Source: Amphiscolops sp. MND2022
Taxonomy: Eukaryota
Length of the DNA: 64,000 nucleotides
Reading direction: 5' to 3'
Assembly: GCA_964187785.1 (NCBI GenBank)
Contig: OZ076409.1
Location: 6,760,001-6,824,000 of the forward strand
The position numbers were made by a program, and so were the translations under genes. Below, one piece after another: positions 24,930 to 36,774 of the stretch. A model generated the notes under the pieces. The model worked only from the letters and a program-made list of their open reading frames with translations. It was not told where the DNA came from and ran no database searches. Numbering within the stretch: the stretch's first letter is position 1; the number at the start of each line of letters is the position of its first letter.

Positions 24930-26142
24930 CAGTAGTGATATTATTAAAAGCAACAAAAGGCAAATCTCAAAATCAAATATCTCTAAAACAGCAGCGATTT
25001 TTGAAAAATGATAAGAGTGAAAGTTTCTTAGATTTTCATCTAGTTTACAAATATGTTTGTTTGAAAATTATGCGATGAAAATTGTAGAAGTTACGATAGG
25101 CCAATTTTAGCCAAAATTGAGGTTTTTCTCACTTTTGATATACTTTTTCTCAAAATTTTTGAAAAATTTTATGTTTAATTGGGGCCCCCCTGATTTAACT
25201 GAATCCCCTGATATGTTTTGATTGAGAAATCATTCTAAAATTGCAAAGAAAATACGCTGTAAAATTAAGCTTTTTCGAAAATACATGTATTAAGATACGA
25301 TTTTGAAATTTAGCCACTTAAAACAAGCTCGTACTAATACAATTTACAATATTTTCGAGAAAAAATTATATTGTCAGATTCGAAATGTTTGGGAGAATTT
25401 TTCTGTGAAAATTATTTTGAAATCAAAAAATTGTAAGTTGGTCAAAAATTCAAACAAGCCGGGAACGGCCCAAGTCGGCGCCATATCTAAGGCTCAAAAA
25501 TAGCAAAAGGACTTCAAAGTGTCAAGTATTCTCTTCTACAGTACCCGCGTGAGGAAAAATTTAAAAAAATCCGAATTTTTTTGAATTTTTTTTTCGAAAT
25601 TTTTTGGTCTCCGGTAAGTCGCATAGTGCCAAAAAATTGTAAAAGGGGCCCTTTGGGAGGTTTTGAACATCCATTCTTATGCAAAATAGAAAAAAAATGA
25701 AGGGTGGACCCTTTGGAGACATTAAAAAAATTTGCGAAAAAAGTCTCACAAAGCCGAAAAAAACCTGCACAAAAAAATTTGATCAAGGACGGGACTCGAA
25801 CCCACGTCCTTCTGCTTGGCAGACCTCAAAAAGCTTAATTAACCTCTATGCCAAGTGCCAGCAGTGATAGCTAGCGTTGCGGTTACTGTTAGTGCAGTTA
25901 CTGTAAGTCAGCTCAGCTATTTATAACTCTTTATAAAATCTGTCAGTTCGTTGGTCTTAAAAAAAAGTCACTACTATAGCCTGCGTTTTTCTTCGAAAAG
26001 CGCCGACTAAAAACTAAAAAATGATGTTTTGGAAATCGCTCTCGACCAATGAAATGAGCGCGTGAGACGTTATTTAGCCAATGAGATTTGTTTATTTGCT
26101 CTTTTTCCGCGTGCTTTGTTGCTTTTAATAATATCACTACTG
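24930..26142. mobile_element. Tc1/mariner-like MITE, TA TSD, interrupted by a HINE-like element
   Basis: TA|CAGTAGTGATATTATTAAAAGCAAC...GTTGCTTTTAATAATATCACTACTG|TA; uninterrupted partial paralog at ~59551-59794. Confidence 0.85.
25453..26013 (-). mobile_element. HINE-like family A copy nested in Tc1-like MITE
   Basis: Both termini present; paralogous empty site at ~59657-59670. Confidence 0.85.
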
Positions 26143-26154
26143 TAACATACGGTT

Positions 26155-26620
26155 AATTTGTATTTCTCATTATTCGTACGATTCACAATCACAAATGCTG
26201 TTAACGCTGCTCCTAAAACTGTATACTCGGCAATGCATTCATTCCTTGAAGCCTCAGTTTCGTGTATTGGGTCATCACGCAATTTCATTTCTTGAAACCT
26301 GAGACCAAAAAGCATAGTTCAAAAAAACTTCAAGCATAGTTCAATAATCCTATGAAAATATGTTTTAGGTCTAGTCAGGAAGTTTATTAGGGAATGAAAT
26401 AAGCTTCCTGATTTAACCAAAAACGTTTTTTTCATGCGATTTTCGAACTATGCTTGAAGACTTTTATGGTCTCAGGTTTCAAGAATTGAAATTGCGTAAT
26501 GAACCAATACACGAAACTGGGGCTTCAAAGAATCAATGCACTAGCGCGTATACAGTTTTAGGAGCAGTTTTAGCAACATTTGTCATGGTCAATCGTACGA
26601 ATAATGAGAAATATCAATTC
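26155..26620. mobile_element. Foldback (palindromic) element with ~200-bp inverted arms
   Basis: Arms yield mirror spurious ORFs (26070-26315 minus, 26450-26743 plus). Confidence 0.75.
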
Positions 26621-26767
26621 GTCGTCGTCGCGGAATGGGGGTCCCTGATACATACCAATGGAATGAAGATCCTAATGATCCGGATACGATTTATCCGTAG
26701 TTGGTTGTATTTTCTCAATTCAGTGAGCCCTTTTGTCCTGTAGCTAGCCTCTTCTCCCGAAAGTGTG

Positions 26768-27130
26768 TTTTAGTCGGTCGGCGCTTTTTTTAAAATAAAA
26801 GAGCCCGACTATTACATTCATTCGTTTTGCTTTTTTTTGTTTTTTTTTCAAGTCAGACTCGAATGTGACAAAATTTTTGCTCAACTAAACGAACACCTCG
26901 GAAACGCATCTAAAATAGTGCAAAGGTAGGTTCGAAAAAAATCGCTCCAACCTGGCCCAGCGCGCCATCCGAAGTTCTGAAGCGTTTTCCGATCACGAAA
27001 GACACCCTTTGGGTGTTTCGAAACTTTTCTTGTGAGTTTTTCATTTAAAAAAGTCCTGAGCACATTTTAAAAACTTATCACTTTTTGAGCACTAAGTGAG
27101 GCGCCGACTTGAGACGTTCCCGTCTTGTTT
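26768..27130 (+). mobile_element. HINE-like family A copy abutting BRD7/9 exon 3 acceptor
   Basis: TTTTAGTCGG...GGCGCCGACTTGAGACGTTCCCGTCTTGTT. Confidence 0.8.
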
Positions 27131-27138
27131 TCTTTCAG

Positions 27139-27291
27139 GCGCAAGAAGTGTCATCTTTGAGTGACTGTGTGGGCACGACCGAGTCTGGCGAGAAGATGCT
27201 CAAGATCCTGACTCCGTTCGACAACTCCAAAGTGGAGACCTCCAACTCCTACATCAACGTGCAGACCAAAGTAGAGAAATCGAAACTAAAG
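27139..27291 (+). CDS. BRD7/9: BRD7/BRD9-like protein, exon 3
   Basis: TTTCAG|GCG...AAG|GTCAGT, 51 codons, phase 0/0, GC-richer coding-like composition. Confidence 0.72.
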
Positions 27292-27641
27292 GTCAGTTGC
27301 AGCCAAAAGGAAGAGAAAAGCAAATGATAATAATAAAAAATTAATTTATCTAGCTTAAAAGCCAGAAAAGACCTACTGTAGGCTATCGCCCGTTTAGTGG
27401 AAGCCTTGAAGAGCCTGTCAATGTAATTTGGACAGCATGTTTGAAACTAAAGCATTTAGGAGGAAGAATTGTTTGAAGTATTTTCAAGAATCGATCAAAT
27501 TGAAGAAAAAAATTTCACGAAAAAAAAGAACCACAGAAAAGAATCGGTGCATCACCGTCTTGAAAATCGAGTTCTGGATTCGACATTACAACTGAGGATA
27601 TCTGTAGAAGCTACCTCTGTAAAAAAATATATAGTTTATGG

Positions 27642-28070
27642 CAGGGTTCGCATGTTTAATACATGCCGTGTTTTAAACGCGTTTTAAACATAGTTTTAAA
27701 CATGACAAAAACCTTCATTTTGTTCAATTGTTTTCATTTCAGTTGTAGATTTTTTAGTTCTAATAATCGCAATAATCTTGGGCAATTTGGCTGAAAACAT
27801 CAAGAAAATTGCCGATGCGCTTCTGGTTTTTATTCCAAGTTCGGGAGACTTGGAACGTATTTTCAGCACTCTAGGCTTCGTCCACGGCGAAACACGAAAT
27901 CGACCTCAGTTGAGAAAGCCACTGGCAACGAACTTGCTTTCTGTCTTCGCTCACTGCAGTAAACTCAGTTCTTAGGTCGTTTAGTGTTAGAAGTATTTGA
28001 AATAGATCTAAAGTTTCGAACATGTTTTAAGCAAAATTTTTTAAATGTTTTAATTTTTTTCCGAACCCTG
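27642..28070 (+). mobile_element. Non-autonomous hAT deletion derivative retaining a transposase C-terminal dimerization fragment
   Basis: TIR CAGGGTTCG/CGAACCCTG; perfect 8-bp TSD GTTTATGG. ORF 27778-27975 IPSSGDLERIFSTLGFVHGETRNR matches the hAT PxSSxxxERxFS..RNRL motif. Confidence 0.9.
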
Positions 28071-28399
28071 GTTTATGGATGAAAGAAAAGAGCCAAAAAA
28101 TCTAGCTTGCTGTCCTTTTATTGGATCACTTAAGAAGTGTTGCAAAAAGACTCGAAAATGCGCTTTGATTTCATTCGAGCTGCACAACGGACTTCGAACT
28201 GTTACTTCCGACTGTGCCTGAGAAACAATTTCAAACGTTTGTCCACAAGCGATTGATGACTGAGATCATTGATTTCTCGAAGTTTTAAGAAATTTGACTG
28301 AAACTTGAAAGTAAACATACCTTGATGAACTCTTGAGATTCTGTTCAGTTGAAGAAATTTTTTAATCTAGGGAAATTACCACCATTTGAGTCGTGTGAA

Positions 28400-29435
28400 A
28401 AATTCATTTTATCAGGAGGCTCCAGATAGAGCTGTACAGGCAATGCTGCCCTTAGCCCGCCACATTCAGGTCACGAATAAGTGCTCTCCATTGGCTTCTG
28501 TTCTGGGCTGTTTCTTTACACAGATCAAACCACTGTGCCTCCCACTTCTTCAGCGTCATCTTTGGAGATTTTACAACTGTCTTCAGCTCTTCACGGACAA
28601 TTTTTCGCCAGGATTTGCGTACGCCGCCGGGGGGTCTTCTCCAGTTTTCACCTTTTTCAAACTCAACTACTGCATTAGGAATTTCCGAGGACTTCATACG
28701 GAATACATGTCCTAGCCATTTCAAGCGTCTCTTTTGTATCATAGGGGCAAGAGGGTCACATTTTGCAGTAGGAGTGATCAATGATTAGGGCAGGTCATGT
28801 CCCTTATGGAGTATACGTCGCAGACAGCGGTTTTCGAAGGACTGTGAGCTGCTTAGGTCGGATTCCTTAACTGGCCAGCTCTCGCATCCGTACAGAAGAA
28901 CACTTCTCACGCACGCGTTGTAGATTTTCACTTTTACTGGCTGTGGGATACTCCTCTGGTTCCAAACTCTTTTCAAATTGTTAAAACTACCTGCAGCATT
29001 CCCTATCCTGGCCTTGATATCTGATGTTACATTTCCATCAAGTTGGATCTTGCTTCCAAGATAGGTGAAGTCCTCGACTCGCTCTAGTTCTTCACCATAG
29101 ACGTGGAACTTCTGGTTGATGTCGTGGGTGCAGAATTTGGTCTTGCCGACATTTAAATGGAGGCCTACTAAAGCAGCGTAGCTGGTTACTTGATCGAGTA
29201 GCCTTCGGGCATCTGTGCCGTTGTCGTCAAGCAAACAGATGTCGTCGGCGAAGTCAAGGTCAGCAATTGTCATGTCATCTAACGCGACGCCTACATTTTC
29301 GTTTTCGAGAGCTTGTTCCATGATCCAATCGATTACGATGTTAAACAGAAAGGGGGATAGAATGGAGCCTTGTCACACTCCACTGAGAATGCTGAATTGG
29401 CGTGACATGGTGTTATGTACTCGGATTTGGCTGTA
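28400..29435 (-). mobile_element. 5'-truncated RTE-like non-LTR retrotransposon (RT pseudogene fragment), antisense in BRD7/9 intron 3
   Basis: Motifs GV*QGSILSP, LDFADDICLL, FTYLGS, LLYGCESW, RRLKWLGHVFRM; stops/frameshifts present. Confidence 0.9.
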
Positions 29436-30098
29436 GGCTCGTATCATCAAAACTCAATGTAGTTTATGTGTCAGTTGTATATGAAGCCATGATATCCAAA
29501 AAGCCACAGATCTATGCATCTGACTTTTTCTGCATTTCTGCAAGCCTAATTTTTATCGATTTCTCATATTCACAGTTTAACGAAATACCGAATGAAATAT
29601 TATCGACACTTTTTCCTTTTCCCCCACACTTTACTAGATTGTTTTAGCAGTTAATTTCTCTCAATTGAGTTTCCAATGAAACATTTCACGTAATTTCAAA
29701 AAGTTAATCTTTTTTAAATATTGAAAAGTCTTTTTAAATAATTGTTCAGCTCACTTCCGTTTGTATTCTGATTCGCAAAAATGAATTTCGCCGCAAAATT
29801 GTATGTTAGCGTGAATGAAAAAAATGAATCTGTGAAATTTTTTCATGATCGTTATCGTTTATTTGAAACTCGAAATTGTTTTCATTGTAATACTGAATTG
29901 ACTATTTACCTTGTATAAGATATAATCTTTCATGTTGAATTGTTTTCTTTGAAAGTGGAGGTGGGGGTTGAGTTAAAAGAACCACATTATCAACCTTGTT
30001 CGTTCGTTCGTTCCAAACTAGCGTATTCTGGTTTATTTTCAGGGTTTTTTAGGATATTTCATCTATCCTATCTATCAAAACCAAGGTTTCTGTTTTAG

Positions 30099-30206
30099 GT
30101 GAAGCCCTACAAATACTTCAACTTCGGCCCATTCTCATCTCACGCGCCCACCTATGACTCATCACTAAGTTACTTCACAAAGGACGAGTCGGACCTGTTA
30201 TATCAG
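30099..30206 (+). CDS. BRD7/9: BRD7/BRD9-like protein, exon 4 (DUF3512 region)
   Basis: VKPYKYFNFGPFSSHAPTYDSSLSYFTKDESDLLYQ matches the BRD7/9 YLNYGPxSSxAPxYDS motif; GC donor CAG|GCAAGT. Confidence 0.88.
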
Positions 30207-30929
30207 GCAAGTTGACCCCAAATTTACCTCATTTTTATTACCTTTTTTATTTTCGCCCCCACAATTTATTTGTGTAGAAGGAGGAAAATCACCATCTGTG
30301 TAGCGTTTTTTTCCAAATTCTACCAAAAATCCACTAATGATATAATCCATTCAATTTAGTCACGTTAGCCCAGTTGGTAGGGCGTCTGCCTGATAGTCAG
30401 TACGTCGTGGGTTCGAACCCGGGTGGGAGCATGGAACCGTGTACTTGAAGTTTTGTTACGCATCAAAGCGGATGTTTTTTAGTACTTTTTCGTCAACTTT
30501 TCGGTAATCCGGTGGAAGCAATCATAGAACTTCTACGAAATGCCGCAGATCTGAAGTAGACCAAAAATGATTCGGAGAGTCTTTCCTCCTTTTACTTTTT
30601 TTGCATAATCTGATTACAAAGCTATATGACTTTATCCGCACTGTGCGATTTTTGTTTCCAAAAATTCGAATTTACTATTCATCATACCGTATTTGATCGA
30701 AAAACGCCCGGCCTCGAATGTAAATAGTTTAGGTTGAACTTTGCACATTTCTTACTGAATCATTTTTGAACCAGAAATTTTGAAGCACCTCAAGAAGTTG
30801 AAGCTACCTCATGATATTTGAAATACAAACCGGTGTAGCTTTGTGCAAGTTTAAATTTGAACTATAGAAGTCAGAAAAATTACAAGCTTTTTCAGAAGTT
30901 TGCAGTTTAGGCGATTGAAAAAGTCACGA

Positions 30930-31413
30930 TTTTTAGTCGGCGCTTTGCTTAAGAAAAGAGTCGACTATAGTCATGGCGTTTCGCCAGTTTTTTTTTCGAT
31001 ACACCTGAAGTGACCAAAATAGTTCTAACAAAAGTTCTTTAAAATTATTAGTTGTACCTGTTGGCCCAGGGAACTGAACTAAAAAGGTTTTTCCTTTTTT
31101 CCGCGTAGCATACAATTCCGGGCGAGGCTAGAGGGTCCCCTTTTCAGTATTTTTCGGGGCATTGTGGGACTAGTTTTTTTCGAAAAAAGTTTCTCCAAAG
31201 GGTCCCCTTAATTTTTTTGAAGTTTTGCGACAGAATGGATGTTGAAATATTCCAATGTGTCCCCCCTTCGTTTTCTTCGGCACTGAGAGATTTTTTCAAA
31301 AAAATATTTCCATCAAAGGGTCCCCAATTCACCAATACTTTGACACTTTGAAGTCCTTTTGCTATTTTTGGGCCTCAGATATGGCGCCGACTTGGGCCGG
31401 TTCCGGCTTGTTT
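30930..31413 (+). mobile_element. HINE-like family A copy
   Basis: TTTTAGTCGGCGC...GGCGCCGACTTGGGCCGGTTCCGGCTTGTT. Confidence 0.8.
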
Positions 31414-31551
31414 GATATAAATTCCACTACACTTCTTGAGAAGGCGTCACTTTTCGCTGATTAAAGTCTCTTAATGCCAGATCGGAAAAGCCTCGTTTAC
31501 AAAAACTATAGTCCTCTTTTGTGAAGTGAAATCATCTCGTTTTAATTTCAG

Positions 31552-31981
31552 GAGTACTTTGGAAAACCCCAAAAACAGTTTGCCAGAGAAATGCTTCATT
31601 TCGCTGAGAAACATGAGTTCATGACGACCTACTTTGCCAGAGATTACTACGACAGTGTTATGAATAACCCTAACATTCCTGATGACATTGAGATACCCTC
31701 CAATTTAGCAGAATCCAATCATGACCCCCCTAGTGACGACGAACTACGCAAACTCAAAGAGCTGTCCAAACTGGGAATCGATGTATCTTTCTTGGACCCG
31801 AAACCTTCTGTTAAAGTGCCAACAGAAAAGGAACTGAAATCGCTCACTCCTAATGAACTGTTGGAAAGGATGATCAAGCTGCAAAACCACAGAATGAGCA
31901 AGTCGCAAGTCAACTCTAAATTGTTTCCTCAAGAGGAGAAAATGTCCGCCATTCTCATGACCAAACTGGCCCATGCCCTAG
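31552..31981 (+). CDS. BRD7/9: BRD7/BRD9-like protein, exon 5
   Basis: TTTCAG|GAG in frame with ORF 31591-31998. LKELSKLGIDVSFL and LLERMIKLQNHRMS resemble BRD7/9 C-terminal motifs. Donor CTAG|GTCAGG, or else reads to TGA at 31998. Confidence 0.82.
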
Positions 31982-32003
31982 GTCAGGGTCACAGCTGATC
32001 TGT

Positions 32004-32296
32004 TTTTAGGAGTCGGAAAAAATTTGCTATTTATGCAGCATATCTTTTCTCTCCCGATTTTTCAATGAACAAAAAAAGTTTCAAATGTCCATACAATTTT
32101 TATAAAATTTAGCACAGTCCTTGTACACCCAAACGGGCTCCTGTGCGTGCACAATGACATCAAAATCGTATGACTGGAATGTGAGAAATGTAGCCAAATT
32201 TGTCCAAAAATGGCCAAATTACAGTAAAGTACGCAATTTGTTCTTCAATATTTTAATCCGTTTCCGACTCCTTTGCCGCTCATGCGGCTTTGCTTA
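32004..32296 (+). mobile_element. HINE-like family C copy
   Basis: TTTTTAGGAGTCGGAAA...TTTCCGACTCC followed by hairpin GCCGC-TCAT-GCGGC. Confidence 0.7.
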
Positions 32297-32879
32297 TCAC
32301 TTTTTGTGTTATCTAGTGGCTTTTAGTTCTAATGTTTCGTCATTTGCTTTATTTTGTTCCTCTTTCTCATAGACAATTTATATCATAGCTGTTAATTAGT
32401 AGATAAATTTTTTCTGTCAATGTTTTGAAATCTACAAACTTCGTGCTTTTGTTCAAAAAACTTCAAGTGAAACGCGGAACCATGAATCGATTTGAAAAAA
32501 AAAATGAAGTGAACGTTTCATTGTTTTTAATCGTAATTCCAGTCCAACCTGTATTTTGACGTTAGAGTAAAATAGTCTTCGGCATCAAAACGCTGAAAAT
32601 TTCTGTTTTCTGGAATAACAATATTTTAAAGTGTTTTTTTTCTCACTTTCAACCAACGCTTTCCTGAAAAAGTCAAAATGTCTTTAGTTGAAATCTCCGA
32701 CGGCAAATTCTGAATTAAGGTATCGTGATTAGCTAAGTTCACATACCAATAGTGCCTTAAATACAGGAGCGGAGCGACGTACAACTACTGGTCCAGCGGC
32801 TGGTTTTGACGAAGCGCCCGGAAGGAGGAATGTCAGGTCTTATAACCATTTTTTTGACTTTTTCCTTTTTAATATTTCT

Positions 32880-34640
32880 GCTTTAGCAGGAATGTTAGTG
32901 AAATCTCAAAATGTCTACTTTTTTCAGTACAATTCTTGGCACGATACTGAATAATTCAGATATTTTGTTCGGCAGTGATTATAAGCGTGAGAATTAAATT
33001 TCTCAAGCTGCCGACGACAATTCAATTCTCGTGCGATGGAACGAGCGAGTAGTAATTATGCATTCGTAAGCTGACGTCATTGGGATGAAGCGAGCGAATG
33101 TTCGTAAATGTGCTTTCGTTACGCCGAGTTATTGAGATGAAGCGAGTGAGTGGTAATTATACTTTCGTGGAGAGCTTCGCCTGCATTCAAATATATATTT
33201 GCTTTAGTCCGAGATTTACTATTACTAAATGACTGAATTGATTCTAGTCAGAAATTGATTCTAGAAAGAAATACTTGATATTTACATGCACAGATTTTTT
33301 TAACAACAGATTTGAAGGCGGTATAAACTGGTAGTGATTAATTGTGCGCTAAATAATGATTAAACAGGAGTGTATTAGTATTCAAGATATGATTCTTTTA
33401 TTAATGAAAGATTAAAGCAGAAATAGTAGTGTGCCCCGGAGGGGCCTATTTTGGGAAATTTTAACCTAGGAGATTTCAAGTCAGGAGAAATTGACATGCA
33501 AGTAGTGCGATGCTATAACTACGTGTCAGAGCAGTGGGGGTGTTTGAAATTATGCGAATTTTGGCTAAGTTTGTACACTTGTCTATGTACACCTTGTTTT
33601 CTTCGAGTGACAAACGTCTAAAATGATTAACTTTCAGTTGCGCATGACAAACGTGTAAAATATCAACTTTCCATTCACGCGTCACTATCGTGAAAATTTA
33701 TCTACTTTCTATTTACGCGTGACGAAAGTCAAATTTGGATAACTTTCGGATTTAGTATTTTTCAACCATCAGTTCTAGAATACTCAGCAGATTTATCCAG
33801 GCTGTTCTACCAGCGGGGGAATATCTTAAGGGCGTCACTTGCTTTCCTTTGAAACTTTTATTCTAACTTGGATCTTGCCGGCTGGTTTGCAAAGCGTTAC
33901 GGAAGCAAAATTTTGCAAAATCTGCAACCTCAAGAGTCTGAGTTTATTCTAATAATTGAATTCTTTCAAGCAGAGAAAATAACATTATTTATTATTTCTG
34001 CGATAGCAGGAATATTATTGAAATCTCAAGATTCCAACTTTTCTTTCAGTAAAATTTTTGTGTTCCTGAAAATTTCAGATTGTTTGATCGGCTGTGAGTA
34101 TAAGCGTGAGATTTGAATTTCTCAAGCTGCCGACAACAAATCGTTTCTCGTGCGATGCAACGGGCGAGTGGTAATTATGCTTTCGTACGCCGAGTTATTG
34201 AGATGAAGCGAACGAGTGTTAATTATTCGTTCGTTGAGAGCTTTGCCTGCATTCAAATGTGAATGCGAAACTTTGTCTACGCTTAGTAATTATATTTTCT
34301 TTAATCCGAGAAGCATTAAAGGCGGTGCAAACTTGTAGTGATTACTTGTGCGCTATATATATGAATAAAATATGCTTCTATTATTGAAGATGAAAGCCTA
34401 AAAGCAGAAATAATTCACTCAACTCCGTTTATAAAGATTACGTTTATAATGATATTCCGGTTATAGCGATAAAGTTTCACGGTCCCGGCCACGATGCTAG
34501 TATATAACTATTTTCGTCTATAGCGATATTCGGATTAAAAAACACCGGTCCCGGGCAATCAGTATAAGCGGAGTTGAGTGTACTATGCCCCGCAGGGGCC
34601 TATTTTTGAATAAAGCAGCTTTCAAAAACACCTCCTAGGA
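32880..34640. repeat. Diverged direct duplication (~32880-33475 vs ~34000-34640)
   Basis: Shared blocks such as TATAAGCGTGAGA..TTTCTCAAGCTGCCGAC and TGCCCCG.AGGGGCCTATTTT; the second copy carries a MITE. Confidence 0.7.
34416..34580. mobile_element. Small Tc1/pogo-like MITE
   Basis: TIR CACTCAACTCCG(T/C)TTATA; absent from the paralogous site at ~33420-33430. Confidence 0.75.
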
Positions 34641-35039
34641 GAACGACGTTTCTGCTCACTACAACTCTCTTCACTCAAAAGAGTCACCTGAGCTTCCGAA
34701 TCAAGCTGATTTCTTTTGCTGTCTGAATTTTGATGGATTACCTGAGGGTGCTTCGGAATTAGATCGGACGAGAGTTCGTTTTCCTCGGAAAACAGTTATG
34801 CCTCGAACACCTCTCTTAGCCTCCTTCCCAAACGACAACCATGTCTGATGCATTTTTGAAACGTCACTTTCAATTTAAAGCCAACCTCCTATTTTCTTTT
34901 ATGACTCCTGCCACTTTTCGTTTCACTCTTCCCAAGACAGCATCTTTTATCGTTATGTGTCCCCTACGCGTCTAAACAACCATCTCAATTCTCCTTTGGC
35001 AAACAAAATTTTTTTTAATCTCATTTCAATTCAACATTT

Positions 35040-35589
35040 AACAAGCCGAGAACGGCCAAAGTCGGCGCCATATCTAAGGCTCAAAATTTAAAAGGGGGAC
35101 CTTTTTGGCTTTGTGAAACTCCAGCTGGTTGCAAAAAAATTTAAAAAATCGAAGGGGGGACCCTTTGAAGACATGAAAAATTTCCGAAAAAAATTTTAAT
35201 GAGATTTTTGAACAGTGTCACAGTGCCGAAAAATGTAAAAGGGGGGACCCTTTGCGATTTTTTGACATCCATTGTGTTGCAAAATATCGAAACAAATGAA
35301 GGGGGGACCCTCTGGTGCAATCCAAAAAACTTCAAAAAAAAGTCGCATAGTTCCGAAAAAAAGTGGGGCTAATGTGGGATCTTTAGTGTGTTTTCGAAGT
35401 TGTGGACGTCTGTTTTGTTTTTTCTTTTCGTTTTGGACGCGCTTCTGAGGTTGGAGTTGTTGAGGTTTGAAGTTGTTGAGGTTTGAGGTTGTTCAACAAA
35501 TGAACAAAAAAGTGGACTTTTCGTGTCTAAAAAAAACTACCCACTGTAATAGTCGGGCACATTTTCTACTAAAATGCGCCGACTAAAAA
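35040..35589 (-). mobile_element. HINE-like family A copy
   Basis: AACAAGCCGAGAACGGCCAAAGTCGGCGCC...GCGCCGACTAAAA. Confidence 0.8.
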
Positions 35590-35676
35590 CTGTCTCTATA
35601 TGACTGAAAAAATGACACTAACAGTCTGACAACTTGCCTTCTGTAAAAAAAAGTTCACCATGCCACCTAAGCACTG

Positions 35677-36400
35677 TTTTTAGTCGGCGCCTTTTCCCTT
35701 AAGGAAAAAAGCCCGACTCTTACAGTGAGTAGTTTTTTTTTTTTTTTTTTTGTTTTTTTCAGTTGACAATCTCACTCTGAGTGGTCCACTTTTCTTACAA
35801 TTCTGCAATTCTGCGCAGAAGGCAAACTTTACTCCAACCCTTTCAGTTTTTACTTTTTCAAGGAAACATACACAACCGGACGTGCCCAAAGGGTCCCCCC
35901 TTTGGATTTTTTTCGGCATTTTGCGACTTAAAAAATACTTTTTTTTCGAAAAAAAATTTCAAAAATAATTTTTTTGAAAAATTTTTTTTCCAAATTTTTA
36001 CAATAGTTGTTCCTTGAATATTTTTGAGCCTAAGATATGGCGCCGACTTGGGACGTTCCCGTCTTGTTTTTTTTTTGTTTTTTTCAGTTGACAATCTCAC
36101 TCTGAGTGGTCCACTTTTCTTACAATTCTGCAATTCTGCGCAGAAGGCAAACTTTACTCCAAAGGGTCCCCCTTTCAGTTTTTACTTTTTCAAGGAAACA
36201 TACACAACCGGACGTGCCCAAAGGGTCCCCCCTTTGGATTTTTTTCGGCATTTTGCGACTTAAAAAATACTTTTTTTTCGAAAAAAAATTTCAAAAATAA
36301 TTTTTTTGAAAATTTTTTTTTCCAAATTTTTACAATAGTTGTTCCTTGAATATTTTTGAGCCTAAGATATGGCGCCGACTTGGGACGTTCCCGTCTTGTT
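35677..36400 (+). mobile_element. HINE-like family A copy with head-to-tail tandem second unit
   Basis: One 5' end, two 3' ends (~36069 and 36400); ~330-bp near-identical duplication. Confidence 0.85.
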
Positions 36401-36774
36401 AGATCTTAGAAAAGCACCACAAAAATGATTCTTCCGAAACCATAATTTCACATCACCCCACTCATGCCACGTTCTTTATACCTTAGGTCATCTCGCCACT
36501 GTTGGAGCATTCGTAATGTTGATCCCGTCAAACAATGTTTTATCCTTTTATCCTATCTCGTTATCATAAATAATCCCACTCGTCCCGTTTTTGAACCTGG
36601 AAATACCTGAATCTTCCTTCGAAATATTGCAAATAAAGTTGAAATTTTCTTCCCCAAACTTGATAAATTAGTAAATACACCTCTCGATGACCATGTTCAT
36701 CTCCCTTCACCTCTTTAGTACATACACAATAGTCCAACACAACTCAACTAAACTTCATTGATGCAAAACTCTCC

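Noticed and set aside
24812..27141. BRD7/9 intron 2 as TE-derived
   Set aside because: No TIR or convincing direct repeat at the boundaries.
30360..30432. Functional tRNA genes (also 19427-19496 and 21488-21560)
   Set aside because: Acceptor and anticodon stems pair poorly and all lie within dispersed repeats.
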